Virus record (IMG/VR): IMGVR_UViG_3300010383_000008
Location: 1 to 64,000 of that record
Strand: one strand, 5' to 3'
Source: a virus
Length of the DNA stretch: 64,000 bases
Shown piece after piece: positions 52,513 to 60,651 of this stretch; the first letter of the stretch is position 1, and every line of letters starts with the position of its first letter. Below the pieces are notes generated by a model, which saw only the letters and a program-made list of their open reading frames with translations, was not told the DNA's origin and did no database searches. A program made the position numbers and the translations under genes.

Positions 52513-54279
52513 TTAAGCCACGAGTTCCTGGAGCGGGCGCGCCACGACCGCTTCGGTACTCTCTTCGACGCCGATACGCGCCGCCAGGTTGGGGTAGGCC
52601 GCCACGTTGCGCGCCAACCACTTGCGGAACTGCTCGCCGATGTCGCTGGCGAACACGTCCGTATCCTTCTCCAGCCCGCAGACGAACGCCATGCCGGCCA
52701 CGCAGTACTCCACGCAGGACATGAAGCCTTCGTAACGGATGTTCGAGCCGAAGATACGGACCTCGATCAGGCTGCTGCTGCGCACGTTGACCGGCCGGTA
52801 CTTACCGCCCTGCCGCAGCCACGACAATGCCGACCCCGCGAAGCGGTCGCCCGCCATGTAGTCGCGCATGTACTCGGTGGTGAACTTGCCGAAGCCGCCG
52901 GCGGCGGCGTTCTTGTCCTTCGCCTCGAACGCCTTCAGGTCGCCCGCGTCGGTGTCGCTCAGGCCACTGCCTTCGGGGCTGTGCCCGTAGATCGCCTTGC
53001 GCCCGGAAATGAAGCGCGACAGCGACGAAGCGTTGTTGATGAAGGCCACGAAACGCACGACCTGGTTGGGCGCCTTGTCCGAGGTGTCCATGTTGACGTG
53101 GATGCCGGCACGCGCACGGTGACGCCAGCCTTCGGCCCCGCCCTGCACGAGCTTTTCCAGCAGCCAGCGCCAGTGGGCGTCGGGGGCCTGGTAGCCTTCA
53201 TACAGCGTCAACGGCTCGGAGACGATCTCGACACCACCGGTGATGCCCGAGAGCGAGGAATCGTTCTCGACCAGGAACGGACGGCCGCCGATGAAACGGC
53301 CGCGCTCATCGACGAAGCGGTTGAGGAACTTCTGGAGCTGGCCGGTGCTCTTGAAGCCGATCTCCAGCTCCACGCCGATGCAACCGCGGTAGCTCGACTG
53401 GTCGCGGTCGCGCCACTCGCGGCGGGCGCCGTGATAGCCCGCCACCGCGCCACGGCCCATTCGAACCCAGGTGCTCTGCTCTTCGTCGTAGAAGATCGCA
53501 CCCAGCGCGAGGTTGTGCCGCTTCCACGTCTGCTCTCCGGTGTCGAGCGTGACCCACTCGACCGCGTCGCGCAGTACCAGCGTTCCCGACACCGGATCGC
53601 GGACGATGTCCGGGCTGTCGGCCAACGACGGGTGCAGGCGCTGCATGCGGCCGTCGTCGTTGACGACGACCTGGAGGCTCGTCGACGCTGGCATTTCCAG
53701 GGTGGTGTGCGGGCAGGTGATGAATTGATCACGCCCGTAAAACCCGAGCGGGGCGTCTTCGCGCGCTGCCCACAGCCGGCTACCGAACTGCCGTGCGAAG
53801 GCGTCGGCCTTCTTGGGGTCGTGCCGGAGCCATGCTTGCACCGTGTCCAGCTGCGCCTGCGTCTGCAACCGCGTGAAGAAGTAGCGGTATGCATCACGGA
53901 TGCGCGCCGAGCGCTTGCTGAAATACGCCACATGCCGGGCCAGCCGCGCCAGGTTGCGACCGGGTTTGATCGACGTGAACAGCCGCGCGCTGCGCAGCAC
54001 CTGCAACAGCAGTGCGCGGGCCTCGGCGTCGTCTTCGGTGCCGATGCGGGCGTCGAGCAGCCCGTTGAGCGTGGCCCGTGCCGTATCGCGCAGTTGCGCC
54101 TTGCGCAGCGTGTCCGCGCAACGCTCTTCGATCTCCGATGGCGTGTAACCGCCGTCCTTCAGTCGCTCGGCATAGCGTTGATGCCACTCTTCCGTCGACC
54201 CGTAGCTGTCGCTGAGTAGCGCGGCGTCGAGAACTTCCGCCATCTCGATGATGGGCCGGGCTTTTTTCTTCGTGTTCAC
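52513..54279 (-). CDS. putative amidoligase (glutamine-synthetase-like COOH-NH2 ligase fold), 588 aa
   Basis: The core pattern GVELEIGF.., ..VENDSSLSGITGGVEIVSEPL.., ..AGIHVNMD.., ..YRPVNVRSSSLIEVRIFGS matches my recollection of Amidoligase_2-type proteins. ATGA-coupled to the SNF2 helicase. Confidence 0.6.
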   Translation of the reverse strand: MNTKKKARPIIEMAEVLDAALLSDSYGSTEEWHQRYAERLKDGGYTPSEIEERCADTLRKAQLRDTARATLNGLLDARIGTEDDAEARALLLQVLRSARLFTSIKPGRNLARLARHVAYFSKRSARIRDAYRYFFTRLQTQAQLDTVQAWLRHDPKKADAFARQFGSRLWAAREDAPLGFYGRDQFITCPHTTLEMPASTSLQVVVNDDGRMQRLHPSLADSPDIVRDPVSGTLVLRDAVEWVTLDTGEQTWKRHNLALGAIFYDEEQSTWVRMGRGAVAGYHGARREWRDRDQSSYRGCIGVELEIGFKSTGQLQKFLNRFVDERGRFIGGRPFLVENDSSLSGITGGVEIVSEPLTLYEGYQAPDAHWRWLLEKLVQGGAEGWRHRARAGIHVNMDTSDKAPNQVVRFVAFINNASSLSRFISGRKAIYGHSPEGSGLSDTDAGDLKAFEAKDKNAAAGGFGKFTTEYMRDYMAGDRFAGSALSWLRQGGKYRPVNVRSSSLIEVRIFGSNIRYEGFMSCVEYCVAGMAFVCGLEKDTDVFASDIGEQFRKWLARNVAAYPNLAARIGVEESTEAVVARPLQELVA

Positions 54280-55676
54280 ACCTTCCTCCTTCGCTGTGAG
54301 GCCACCACAAGCTCAAGAAAATCATTCATGTTGACCGTCTTTGCATCGAGCCTGCCGTACACAAGCTCTTCGACGGTGCTGTTTGCCTGTACCAGTACGG
54401 TGTTGGTTACCTTGTCTTGCGCGCCGCGGTAAATGCGGTGAATGGCCTGCTTGAGCAGGTCAGCTTCGTAGAACGGCGAGAGGATGATGCACGCCTCGCC
54501 CCGGGTGAGGGTCAGGCCGTGTGCACCGGTCCGCGGGTGCAGCAGTACCGTCTGGTACATGCCGTTCTGGAAGTTGTCGACGATGCGCGCACGATCGCGG
54601 TCGCTCACGCTACCGTCGATGACCGCGAAGGGCACGTCGCGTTTGGTCAGCAGCTTGGCCATCTCTTCGCGCTGATGGAACCAGTTGAAGAACACGACCG
54701 AATGGCGGTACTTGCTGATCAGGTCGTAAGCCAGCTCGTAGCGCTGGGTGTCGACCAGTGCGTAACTGCGTTCCTCGGCGCCGTTGTACACCGCGCCCGA
54801 GGCGATCTGGAGCAGTTTCTGGCGCAGGCTGGCCGCGTGCACCGCACTGACCCGTTCGCCTTCGATCTGCGCGACCATGTTGACCGCGAACTGCTCGTAA
54901 ATCTTCTGCGCCTTGGTGTTCAGGTCGAAGCTGTAGCGCGAGACATGATTCGGCGGGACATGCGTCATCACGTCTTCGAACGCATGCCGGATCGAGATGT
55001 CCGCGATCAGCGAGAACACCGCCTCGGCTGCGCCGGGCTTGTCGTTCCACTTGACCATGTTGGGCATCGGCCCGATCTGCTCGGACTGCTGCACCGAATT
55101 GCGGAAGCGGAAGAAGTTCGGACCCAGCCGTTTGCCGCCATCCATCAGCAGAATCTGATGCCACAGCTCGGTCACTGAATTGGGGTTAGGCGTACCGGTC
55201 AAGAGGTTGCGCCGGCCGAAGCGGTGCGTGATCAACCGCATGGCCTTGGAGCGCTGACTGGTCGCGTGCTTGAATGCGGTCGATTCGTCGATGATCAGCT
55301 TGTCGAACCCGCGCAGCAGCTTCGGGTTCTTGGCGATCGGCACGGCCGCGTCGATATTGGTGATCACCACCGGCGTGTCGTAGGCGAACGCTTCCTCGCG
55401 GTGCGCCGCGTCGGCGATCGCGTAGGACAGGCCGGGGAAGTAGGCGTCGATCTCGTTGCCCCAGGCGCTGCGCATCAGCGTCTTGGGGCAGACCACGAGG
55501 GTACGCCCGGTTTCGCCGCGGTTGTAGGCGTCGTTCAAGATCAACAGATGGGACGTCGTCTTGCCGGTGCCCGGGTCGGACATGTCGAAGATTAGCGGCG
55601 ACTCGGCGCCGAAAGCGCGTGTCGCTTCTTGGTGCGGCCAAGGCTTGACCTTGACGGGGAGTGTTCTTGTGGTCAC
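54276..55676 (-). CDS. SNF2-family helicase/ATPase
   Basis: DPGTGKT (motif I), LIIDESTAFKH (motif II), LLTGTPNPNS (motif III), and a C-terminal helicase domain ..GAHGLTLTRG... GTG start. Confidence 0.85.
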   Translation of the reverse strand: MTTRTLPVKVKPWPHQEATRAFGAESPLIFDMSDPGTGKTTSHLLILNDAYNRGETGRTLVVCPKTLMRSAWGNEIDAYFPGLSYAIADAAHREEAFAYDTPVVITNIDAAVPIAKNPKLLRGFDKLIIDESTAFKHATSQRSKAMRLITHRFGRRNLLTGTPNPNSVTELWHQILLMDGGKRLGPNFFRFRNSVQQSEQIGPMPNMVKWNDKPGAAEAVFSLIADISIRHAFEDVMTHVPPNHVSRYSFDLNTKAQKIYEQFAVNMVAQIEGERVSAVHAASLRQKLLQIASGAVYNGAEERSYALVDTQRYELAYDLISKYRHSVVFFNWFHQREEMAKLLTKRDVPFAVIDGSVSDRDRARIVDNFQNGMYQTVLLHPRTGAHGLTLTRGEACIILSPFYEADLLKQAIHRIYRGAQDKVTNTVLVQANSTVEELVYGRLDAKTVNMNDFLELVVASQRRRKV

Positions 55677-55760
55677 GGGTGCTTTTCCGCCCTGTATGAC
55701 CCCCGTCTAACTACAGAACCGGTCAGAAAGCGCCAACCCCTGACCGGCCCTGCGAATGCG

Positions 55761-56297
55761 TCACGCCGTGGCTTCGACCGTCCACTGGACCTGCTTGTGC
55801 AGTACGCCGGTGCGCTGGAAGGTCGTGATTTCGGTGACCTGTTCGTTGCTGCGGCAGCGCTCCAGCAGCGCTTCGAGTTCGCCTTGGTCGGCCGCGCGCA
55901 TGGATTGCGCACCGCCGTTGACGTACACACACTCGACGATCGCGAACGCTTCCATCGGCTTGGGCATGAGCTTCTCCCGTTTCTTGCGGGTTTTGGGTTT
56001 GGTGATGGGTTCCACCGGGGTGACAGACTTGACCCGGCGGCTGGGCAGCCGCTTCTTGAGCGCGGCACCTTTCTTGCGGAACACGCAGACGATCACGGAG
56101 CCGCCGGTGCTCTGCTCGGACGTCGACTTGTAGAGCGCATCGCCTTTGAGACGCGTGTTCATGTTGGCGACCAGGCTGCGCACCTGCTTGATCGACAGCT
56201 GCTCGCCCGAGACATACAGCGTCTCGTTGACCTTGAGCGAACGCAGCTTGTCGGGCCAGTCACTGGCGAACTGCTTCACAGGGTTGTAGTTGGGCAT
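55761..56297 (-). CDS. hypothetical protein, 178 aa, with a central basic stretch
   Basis: Intact ORF. A stem-loop CCGGTCAG..CTGACCGG follows at 55718-55746. Confidence 0.55.
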   Translation of the reverse strand: MPNYNPVKQFASDWPDKLRSLKVNETLYVSGEQLSIKQVRSLVANMNTRLKGDALYKSTSEQSTGGSVIVCVFRKKGAALKKRLPSRRVKSVTPVEPITKPKTRKKREKLMPKPMEAFAIVECVYVNGGAQSMRAADQGELEALLERCRSNEQVTEITTFQRTGVLHKQVQWTVEATA

Positions 56298-56530
56298 AGG
56301 ACATACCTTTCTTCGATGGCGGCGATGATCTCGCCGAAGTGCTCGGTGATGAATGCAAGGAACTCGGTGTCCGGGTCGCCGGCCGGAAAACTGAGTGCCT
56401 CACCGCTGACAGATACCGTGCCATCTTCATGGCCGGTCCATCCCCCGGTTGTGCGGCGTTCGTTGAGCGCCTTCGCCTGCCAGAGTAGGCGATTGATGTC
56501 TTGCGGAAATGTGAAGCGATAGCGGCTCAC
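56276..56530 (-). CDS. hypothetical protein, 84 aa
   Basis: GTG start in a GTGA overlap. Confidence 0.5.
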   Translation of the reverse strand: MSRYRFTFPQDINRLLWQAKALNERRTTGGWTGHEDGTVSVSGEALSFPAGDPDTEFLAFITEHFGEIIAAIEERYVLCPTTTL

Positions 56531-56730
56531 TTGCGCTCCGGTTCGATGATTGCCTTGAGGACTTCTGGGCCGTAACCGTCTCGGTACAGTTCCAAGTCGC
56601 GCTCGGTTTCCAGATGCTCGGCCAACAGCTCCAGGCGCGTGGGAATTCGCCCCATGCGGTAGGTCCGCCGCAATGTACGCGCGTCATGGCGTAGCCACGC
56701 TATCCAGTTGTCGCGCTGTGCGCCGTTCAT
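56527..56730 (-). CDS. hypothetical protein, 67 aa
   Basis: ATGA overlap upstream. Confidence 0.55.
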   Translation of the reverse strand: MNGAQRDNWIAWLRHDARTLRRTYRMGRIPTRLELLAEHLETERDLELYRDGYGPEVLKAIIEPERK

Positions 56731-56999
56731 TTGTACTGCCTTTTACTGGGGACGCGCGTCAGCTTGACCTGCCCCGGTTCGAAATACGCCCGGTGCCGGT
56801 ACCACTTGCGTAACCCCTCGACCGTCGCTTTGCCGTCCGGCGAGAGCTGCGCAATGAGGTTCTGATGGTACTCACTGCGCTCGAACACCACGGTGATGAC
56901 GTCCTGCCGCTCTCGCGCGAAACTGCACCGGTTGATTACCGGCGTGTCTGCGCCTTGGTAGAGCACTGGCCAGTGGTTGAGCATCGCCCAGAGCTGCAT
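56727..56999 (-). CDS. hypothetical protein, 90 aa
   Basis: Start moved to ATG 56999 (MQLWAMLNHW). Confidence 0.5.
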   Translation of the reverse strand: MQLWAMLNHWPVLYQGADTPVINRCSFARERQDVITVVFERSEYHQNLIAQLSPDGKATVEGLRKWYRHRAYFEPGQVKLTRVPSKRQYK

Positions 57000-57003
57000 G
57001 GCG

Positions 57004-57297
57004 CTACGCCTCGACGAACTTGACCGTACGCATGATCGGGTCGCGCGAATAGCCGATGGCTTCGGGTTCGCGCTCGACGGTGCGCCAGCCAGATAGCCCG
57101 CCGCTTGCACGTAGATCAGCGTAGCGTACGAGCTTGCGGCTCACTGAGATGGACACGTCGGAGGTGCTGGGCTGCGGTGCGCTTTGCGACAGCTCGTAGG
57201 CGCGATTGACTTCGCGCATCAGCGCCAGCTGGGCGTCGACGGCTTTGCCCGACCGCATGATCTGGTCGAACATCTGGAGAACTTGTTCGCCGTTCAT
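57004..57297 (-). CDS. hypothetical protein, 97 aa
   Basis: Start moved to ATG 57297 (MNGEQVLQMF), a TAATG overlap. Confidence 0.5.
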   Translation of the reverse strand: MNGEQVLQMFDQIMRSGKAVDAQLALMREVNRAYELSQSAPQPSTSDVSISVSRKLVRYADLRASGGLSGWRTVEREPEAIGYSRDPIMRTVKFVEA

Positions 57298-57701
57298 TAC
57301 CGCAGGTCCACGTCGGGCAGAATCGCAGCGGGCTTGAAGGTTACCTTGTAGCGGTACGTGCTCACGTCCGCAGGCCCGAGTTGCTCGGAGAAGTAGGTGA
57401 CGTTGCCGCTCAACCCCAGGTAGTGCTTCTTGAACTGGTTCGGCCCGGTCTTGCAGGTGACCGCGACACCGTCCGTGCCGGTGGTGCCGTCGGCACTCTT
57501 GACCGAACACGCGCCGTCGATCTCCAGCAGGTAGGTGTTCGACCAGGTATTGATGAAGATGATGCGCCGGTCGATCTGAAAGTTGTCCGCCGCGTAGGAG
57601 ATGTTCTGCGAGGCGACGTCGGCGTCGTTCATGCAGCCAGCCAGCGTGCTGGACAGGGCGGCGAGCAACAAGACCGCGGCGAACATGACACACTTCTTCA
57701 T
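57297..57701 (-). CDS. lipoprotein, 134 aa
   Basis: Start moved to ATG 57701 (ATGA overlap with the nuclease gene). Signal peptide MKKCVMFAAVLLLAALSSTLAGC with an LAGC lipobox. Confidence 0.65.
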   Translation of the reverse strand: MKKCVMFAAVLLLAALSSTLAGCMNDADVASQNISYAADNFQIDRRIIFINTWSNTYLLEIDGACSVKSADGTTGTDGVAVTCKTGPNQFKKHYLGLSGNVTYFSEQLGPADVSTYRYKVTFKPAAILPDVDLR

Positions 57702-58399
57702 CGGGACACTCCTACGGGGCACGCGCCCGTGCCTTGGGGGGAAAAAGGGCAGTACCGGCAGCTCGCCTTGGACGGGTTGGGCCGGTGCAGCTTGTCGGCC
57801 ATCATCGCTTGGACCTCGGCATCGAGCTTGGCTTGCGCCTTGTCCAGTTGCTGATGGGTGAAATTGATCTGCCAGGTGTCGGGCAGGTCCAGATACCACA
57901 GCTCCGCTTCGTAGTTCTCGAAGCTGTCGTCGTCGATCTTCGCGCAAAGCGCGTAGAGCTCGGTCTGACCGTAGTGCTTGAGCTCGTTGCCGAACTTCTT
58001 GCCGGTCTTCTCGTCGATGGTCAGGTTGATCTGCCCGGGGACCTTGACGTGGATGTCCGGGATCACCACCAGCCAGCGTTCTTTCTCGCCGCACGGCCGC
58101 CAGTTGTGGTCGTAGTAGTGCGGCTTTTCCAGCGTGACTTCGCCCAGCCCGTCGCGGCGGATGTCGCGCACGTCCGTCAGCAGCCCTTCGAACTTGATGA
58201 GCTCCTGCGGGAACGGCGCATCGTCGGCGAGGACGAAATCCTCGGCCATCTTGTGACGTTGGGTACCGCGATCGCGGCGGTCGTCCTTTTCACGCGGTGG
58301 CTCGGGGCTGCGCTCGATGTACTTGAGGTATGCCCAGAAGCGGCAGGTGCGGTACACCTGGAGCATCGACCAAGACCACTTTGTGAATTGCTGGTGCAT
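57698..58399 (-). CDS. Cas4/RecB-like PD-(D/E)xK exonuclease with Fe-S cysteines
   Basis: N-terminal YRTCRFWAYLKY, a core ..VIPDIHV../..IDEKTGK.., and a C-terminal CRYCPFSPQGTGACP. Confidence 0.75.
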   Translation of the reverse strand: MHQQFTKWSWSMLQVYRTCRFWAYLKYIERSPEPPREKDDRRDRGTQRHKMAEDFVLADDAPFPQELIKFEGLLTDVRDIRRDGLGEVTLEKPHYYDHNWRPCGEKERWLVVIPDIHVKVPGQINLTIDEKTGKKFGNELKHYGQTELYALCAKIDDDSFENYEAELWYLDLPDTWQINFTHQQLDKAQAKLDAEVQAMMADKLHRPNPSKASCRYCPFSPQGTGACPVGVSR

Positions 58400-58403
58400 T
58401 GTT

Positions 58404-58634
58404 TTATACCTGCGTGCCCCACAGGGCGTATGCTTCGCGCGCGCTGAATTCGTGCTCGCGAAGGATGCCTTTCGCGTCGCGGTAGATGACGCCCATCAGC
58501 TCGGTGCCGATCCAGAGCACCTTGCAGCTGATATCGGCGATTACCACCGTGTCACCCGGTTTGATCGAGTCGAAGAGTGCGTAGACTGGATTGGGGGGTG
58601 CCGGTTCGTGCCTGCGTTTCTTGAAGGGCCACAT
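58404..58634 (-). CDS. hypothetical protein, 76 aa
   Basis: Intact ORF, 5 nt upstream of the nuclease start. Confidence 0.5.
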   Translation of the reverse strand: MWPFKKRRHEPAPPNPVYALFDSIKPGDTVVIADISCKVLWIGTELMGVIYRDAKGILREHEFSAREAYALWGTQV

Positions 58635-58705
58635 CGGTCACTCTCCTGTGTGTTCGTCGTGCGGTTTGGCCAGCAGCATGAGCGCATCCACGTACGGTAC
58701 TGCGC

Positions 58706-58984
58706 CTACGCCGTGGATTCCAGAAATTTGAGTTTGGGACGGAACTTCAGATGTTCGTCGTTGCACAAGGCGTCGTCGAGTTTCTCCAGCAGTGCGTCGG
58801 GGATGACACGGCCTTCGGTCTCGCAGGCGTACTTGGTGATGCTCTGCGCTTTGCGCCCAACCAGCGCGCCAGCCTGCTTGTGGCTGATGCCGGCCTTGGC
58901 CATTGCGGCGCGCAGGTAGATCGTGTTGGGATGCAGCTTGCGCGCGTCCGGTGCGCCTCGCGCGTGGCGCTTAGTCGCCGGCAT
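58706..58984 (-). CDS. HTH DNA-binding protein (Cro/C1-like)
   Basis: ..MAKAGISHKQAGALVGRKAQSITKY.. helix-turn-helix. Confidence 0.6.
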   Translation of the reverse strand: MPATKRHARGAPDARKLHPNTIYLRAAMAKAGISHKQAGALVGRKAQSITKYACETEGRVIPDALLEKLDDALCNDEHLKFRPKLKFLESTA

Positions 58985-59357
58985 TCCTCACCTCGTGGTC
59001 ATTCCTCCCCGCCGCCTGCGCGTTGCCGGCGGCGCGGGTGGTGTCCTCGCGGTGCAAGTAGCAGTCGATGCCGGTTTTGTCGTGGATGTGCGCGCCGAGA
59101 ACGAGGGGCACCGCTTGATCGTTCTCATCGTCCGGGTTCACATGCAGCCAGTAGCGGGCGCCGACGATGACATCCGCCACATCCACCGCCTGCGCTGGCT
59201 GGGTGAGGCGGGCGCGGGCTTGCCACGCCAGCCAGTTGCCCTGAATCTGGCCGTTCACGTACTTCCCGCTGGTGCGTTGCTCGGGCTTCGACGTGAAGCC
59301 CTGCTCGGCCAACCATGCCTCGAACGCCTCGCGCTCGCTATCCATCTTCTCGGCCAT
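58971..59357 (-). CDS. hypothetical protein, 128 aa (MAEKM family, extended)
   Basis: Start at ATG 59357 within the conserved AAGGGGAGTGAGATGGCCGAGAAGATG cassette. The internal ARLTQPAQAV resembles a decayed junction. Confidence 0.55.
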   Translation of the reverse strand: MAEKMDSEREAFEAWLAEQGFTSKPEQRTSGKYVNGQIQGNWLAWQARARLTQPAQAVDVADVIVGARYWLHVNPDDENDQAVPLVLGAHIHDKTGIDCYLHREDTTRAAGNAQAAGRNDHEVRNAGD

Positions 59358-59358
59358 C

Positions 59359-59583
59359 TCACTCCCCTTTGTACCAGCGTGTGACTTCGGTTTTTCCTTC
59401 CGCCACCCATTGTCGATAAAGCGCGTCGGCTTCTTCACGCGTATCTCTCCACTCGCCGATGCAGCCCCCGGCCCCTGTGACGCGGGAGACGTAGAAGCCC
59501 TTGGCCGGACTCGGCGGAAGATCAGAGCGTCCCCTGGGAAGCACGCCGTAGTGTGGGATGCGGTAGCCATCAAATGCCCCCAT
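59359..59583 (-). CDS. hypothetical protein, 74 aa
   Basis: Starts and ends in GGGGAGTGAGATG junction cassettes. Confidence 0.55.
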   Translation of the reverse strand: MGAFDGYRIPHYGVLPRGRSDLPPSPAKGFYVSRVTGAGGCIGEWRDTREEADALYRQWVAEGKTEVTRWYKGE

Positions 59584-59584
59584 C

Positions 59585-59764
59585 TCACTCCCCTTCTGCG
59601 GGTTGGGTGAGGCGGGCGTCGATGGCTGCCGCTAGGTCGCGCAGCTCGTTGCTCCAGCGCACCTCATCGGCCTTGGTACGTCGCCCGGCACTCGGCAGGC
59701 CGATTGCAACGGACAGGCGTTGCAGGCGGTTGTGTACCTCGGTAAGCGTCATCTTCTCGGCCAT
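59585..59764 (-). CDS. hypothetical protein, 59 aa (MAEKM family; below the ORF-track cutoff)
   Basis: MAEKMTLTEVHNRLQRLSVAIGLPSAGRRTKADEVRWSNELRDLAAAIDARLTQPAEGE. Confidence 0.5.
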   Translation of the reverse strand: MAEKMTLTEVHNRLQRLSVAIGLPSAGRRTKADEVRWSNELRDLAAAIDARLTQPAEGE

Positions 59765-59931
59765 CTCACTCCCCCTTCTGCGGGTTGGGTGGGCTGTTGG
59801 GTGACGATGACGCGGTTACAGCGTCCACAGGTTCGGTAGTGCCACGCCTTGAACTGCCACGCATCGACAAAGCGATGGCCGATACAGCGGCACGCGAATA
59901 TCCAGAAACGCTCGATCCAAGGCAGGCTCAC
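59749..59931 (-). CDS. Cys/His-rich small protein, 60 aa
   Basis: GTG start in a GTGA overlap. ..CRCIGHRF..HYRTCGRCNRV... A one-base difference in the junction cassette extends the frame 15 nt into the next gene. Confidence 0.5.
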   Translation of the reverse strand: MSLPWIERFWIFACRCIGHRFVDAWQFKAWHYRTCGRCNRVIVTQQPTQPAEGGVRWPRR

Positions 59932-60104
59932 CCCTCACCCCCATCACCCTCGGGCGCGGACGGGGCGGCTTTCTTATGAGCATGCGGGTTCCACGCTTGG
60001 AAGCCACATCCCTTTTCATCAGAGCAGTACCAGTTGGACCGATGAGCTGAACACCCGCCAAGGCACAGCAACTCCGCTCCGCAACGCGGGCATTTGTCAC
60101 TCAT
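59928..60104 (-). CDS. zinc-ribbon-like small protein, 58 aa (below the ORF-track cutoff)
   Basis: MSDKCPRCGAELLCLGGCSAHRSNWYCSDEKGCGF.. with the C-terminal tail APSAPEGDGGEG. Confidence 0.5.
   Translation of the reverse strand: MSDKCPRCGAELLCLGGCSAHRSNWYCSDEKGCGFQAWNPHAHKKAAPSAPEGDGGEG
59941..59968. repeat. exact 28-bp direct repeat, copy 1 (CCATCACCCTCGGGCGCGGACGGGGCGG)
   Basis: Identical to 60107-60134. Encodes the APSAPEGDG tails of two adjacent genes and the SD-like GAGGGTGA for the next start. Confidence 0.9.
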
Positions 60105-60651
60105 GGCCATCACCCTCGGGCGCGGACGGGGCGGAGAGCTTCGCGGCAATGCTCTTGATCCGCTTGCACATATCGCACCGCTGCTCGTCTTTGATGTAGT
60201 CGTGCGAGAACTCGTTGTGCCGCAGTTGGGCCAACAGCCAGCGAACGTCCGCATCCGGCACCCCGGCGGGCGAGGCTGCCGGGGCGGGGTGGGTGCGGCC
60301 CTTGCCGTCACAGGCGATGCAGCGCATATCCATGATGTTGCCCATCCCGCCGCAGGGCTTGCAGCGCTCACCCTGGCCCTGCGCGGCGAGGGCGGCGCGA
60401 ATGGCCTTTACATACAGCTTGTCTCCGGCATCGCCAACGCGCTCGAAGTAAGCAAGGCCCTCGGCCACAAGCGGATCATCCCCCACCCGCCCGCTGTCGG
60501 CGGACTGGCGCAGGGTGGCGGCTTGCTGTGCGATGTAGCGCTCAAGCATGCCGCGCGGCCCGTGCGCATCAACGCCAGTGCCCATGCGGGCGTAGTCGTC
60601 CAGGCTGTTGAGCGCTTCCGCCGCGGCCTCATGGCTTACGTGATCATTCAT
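60097..60651 (-). CDS. DnaJ-type zinc-finger (CxxCxGxG) protein, 184 aa
   Basis: CKPCGGMGNIMDMRCIACDGKG. ATGA-coupled to the primase-helicase gene. Confidence 0.6.
   Translation of the reverse strand: MNDHVSHEAAAEALNSLDDYARMGTGVDAHGPRGMLERYIAQQAATLRQSADSGRVGDDPLVAEGLAYFERVGDAGDKLYVKAIRAALAAQGQGERCKPCGGMGNIMDMRCIACDGKGRTHPAPAASPAGVPDADVRWLLAQLRHNEFSHDYIKDEQRCDMCKRIKSIAAKLSAPSAPEGDGHE
60107..60134. repeat. exact 28-bp direct repeat, copy 2
   Basis: Identical to 59941-59968. Confidence 0.9.

Noticed and set aside
58706-58984. The HTH protein could be evidence of a lysogeny module.
   Set aside because: No integrase, excisionase or divergent repressor/cro arrangement is visible in the window. 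A single HTH gene is insufficient, and the lifestyle cannot be decided from this window.
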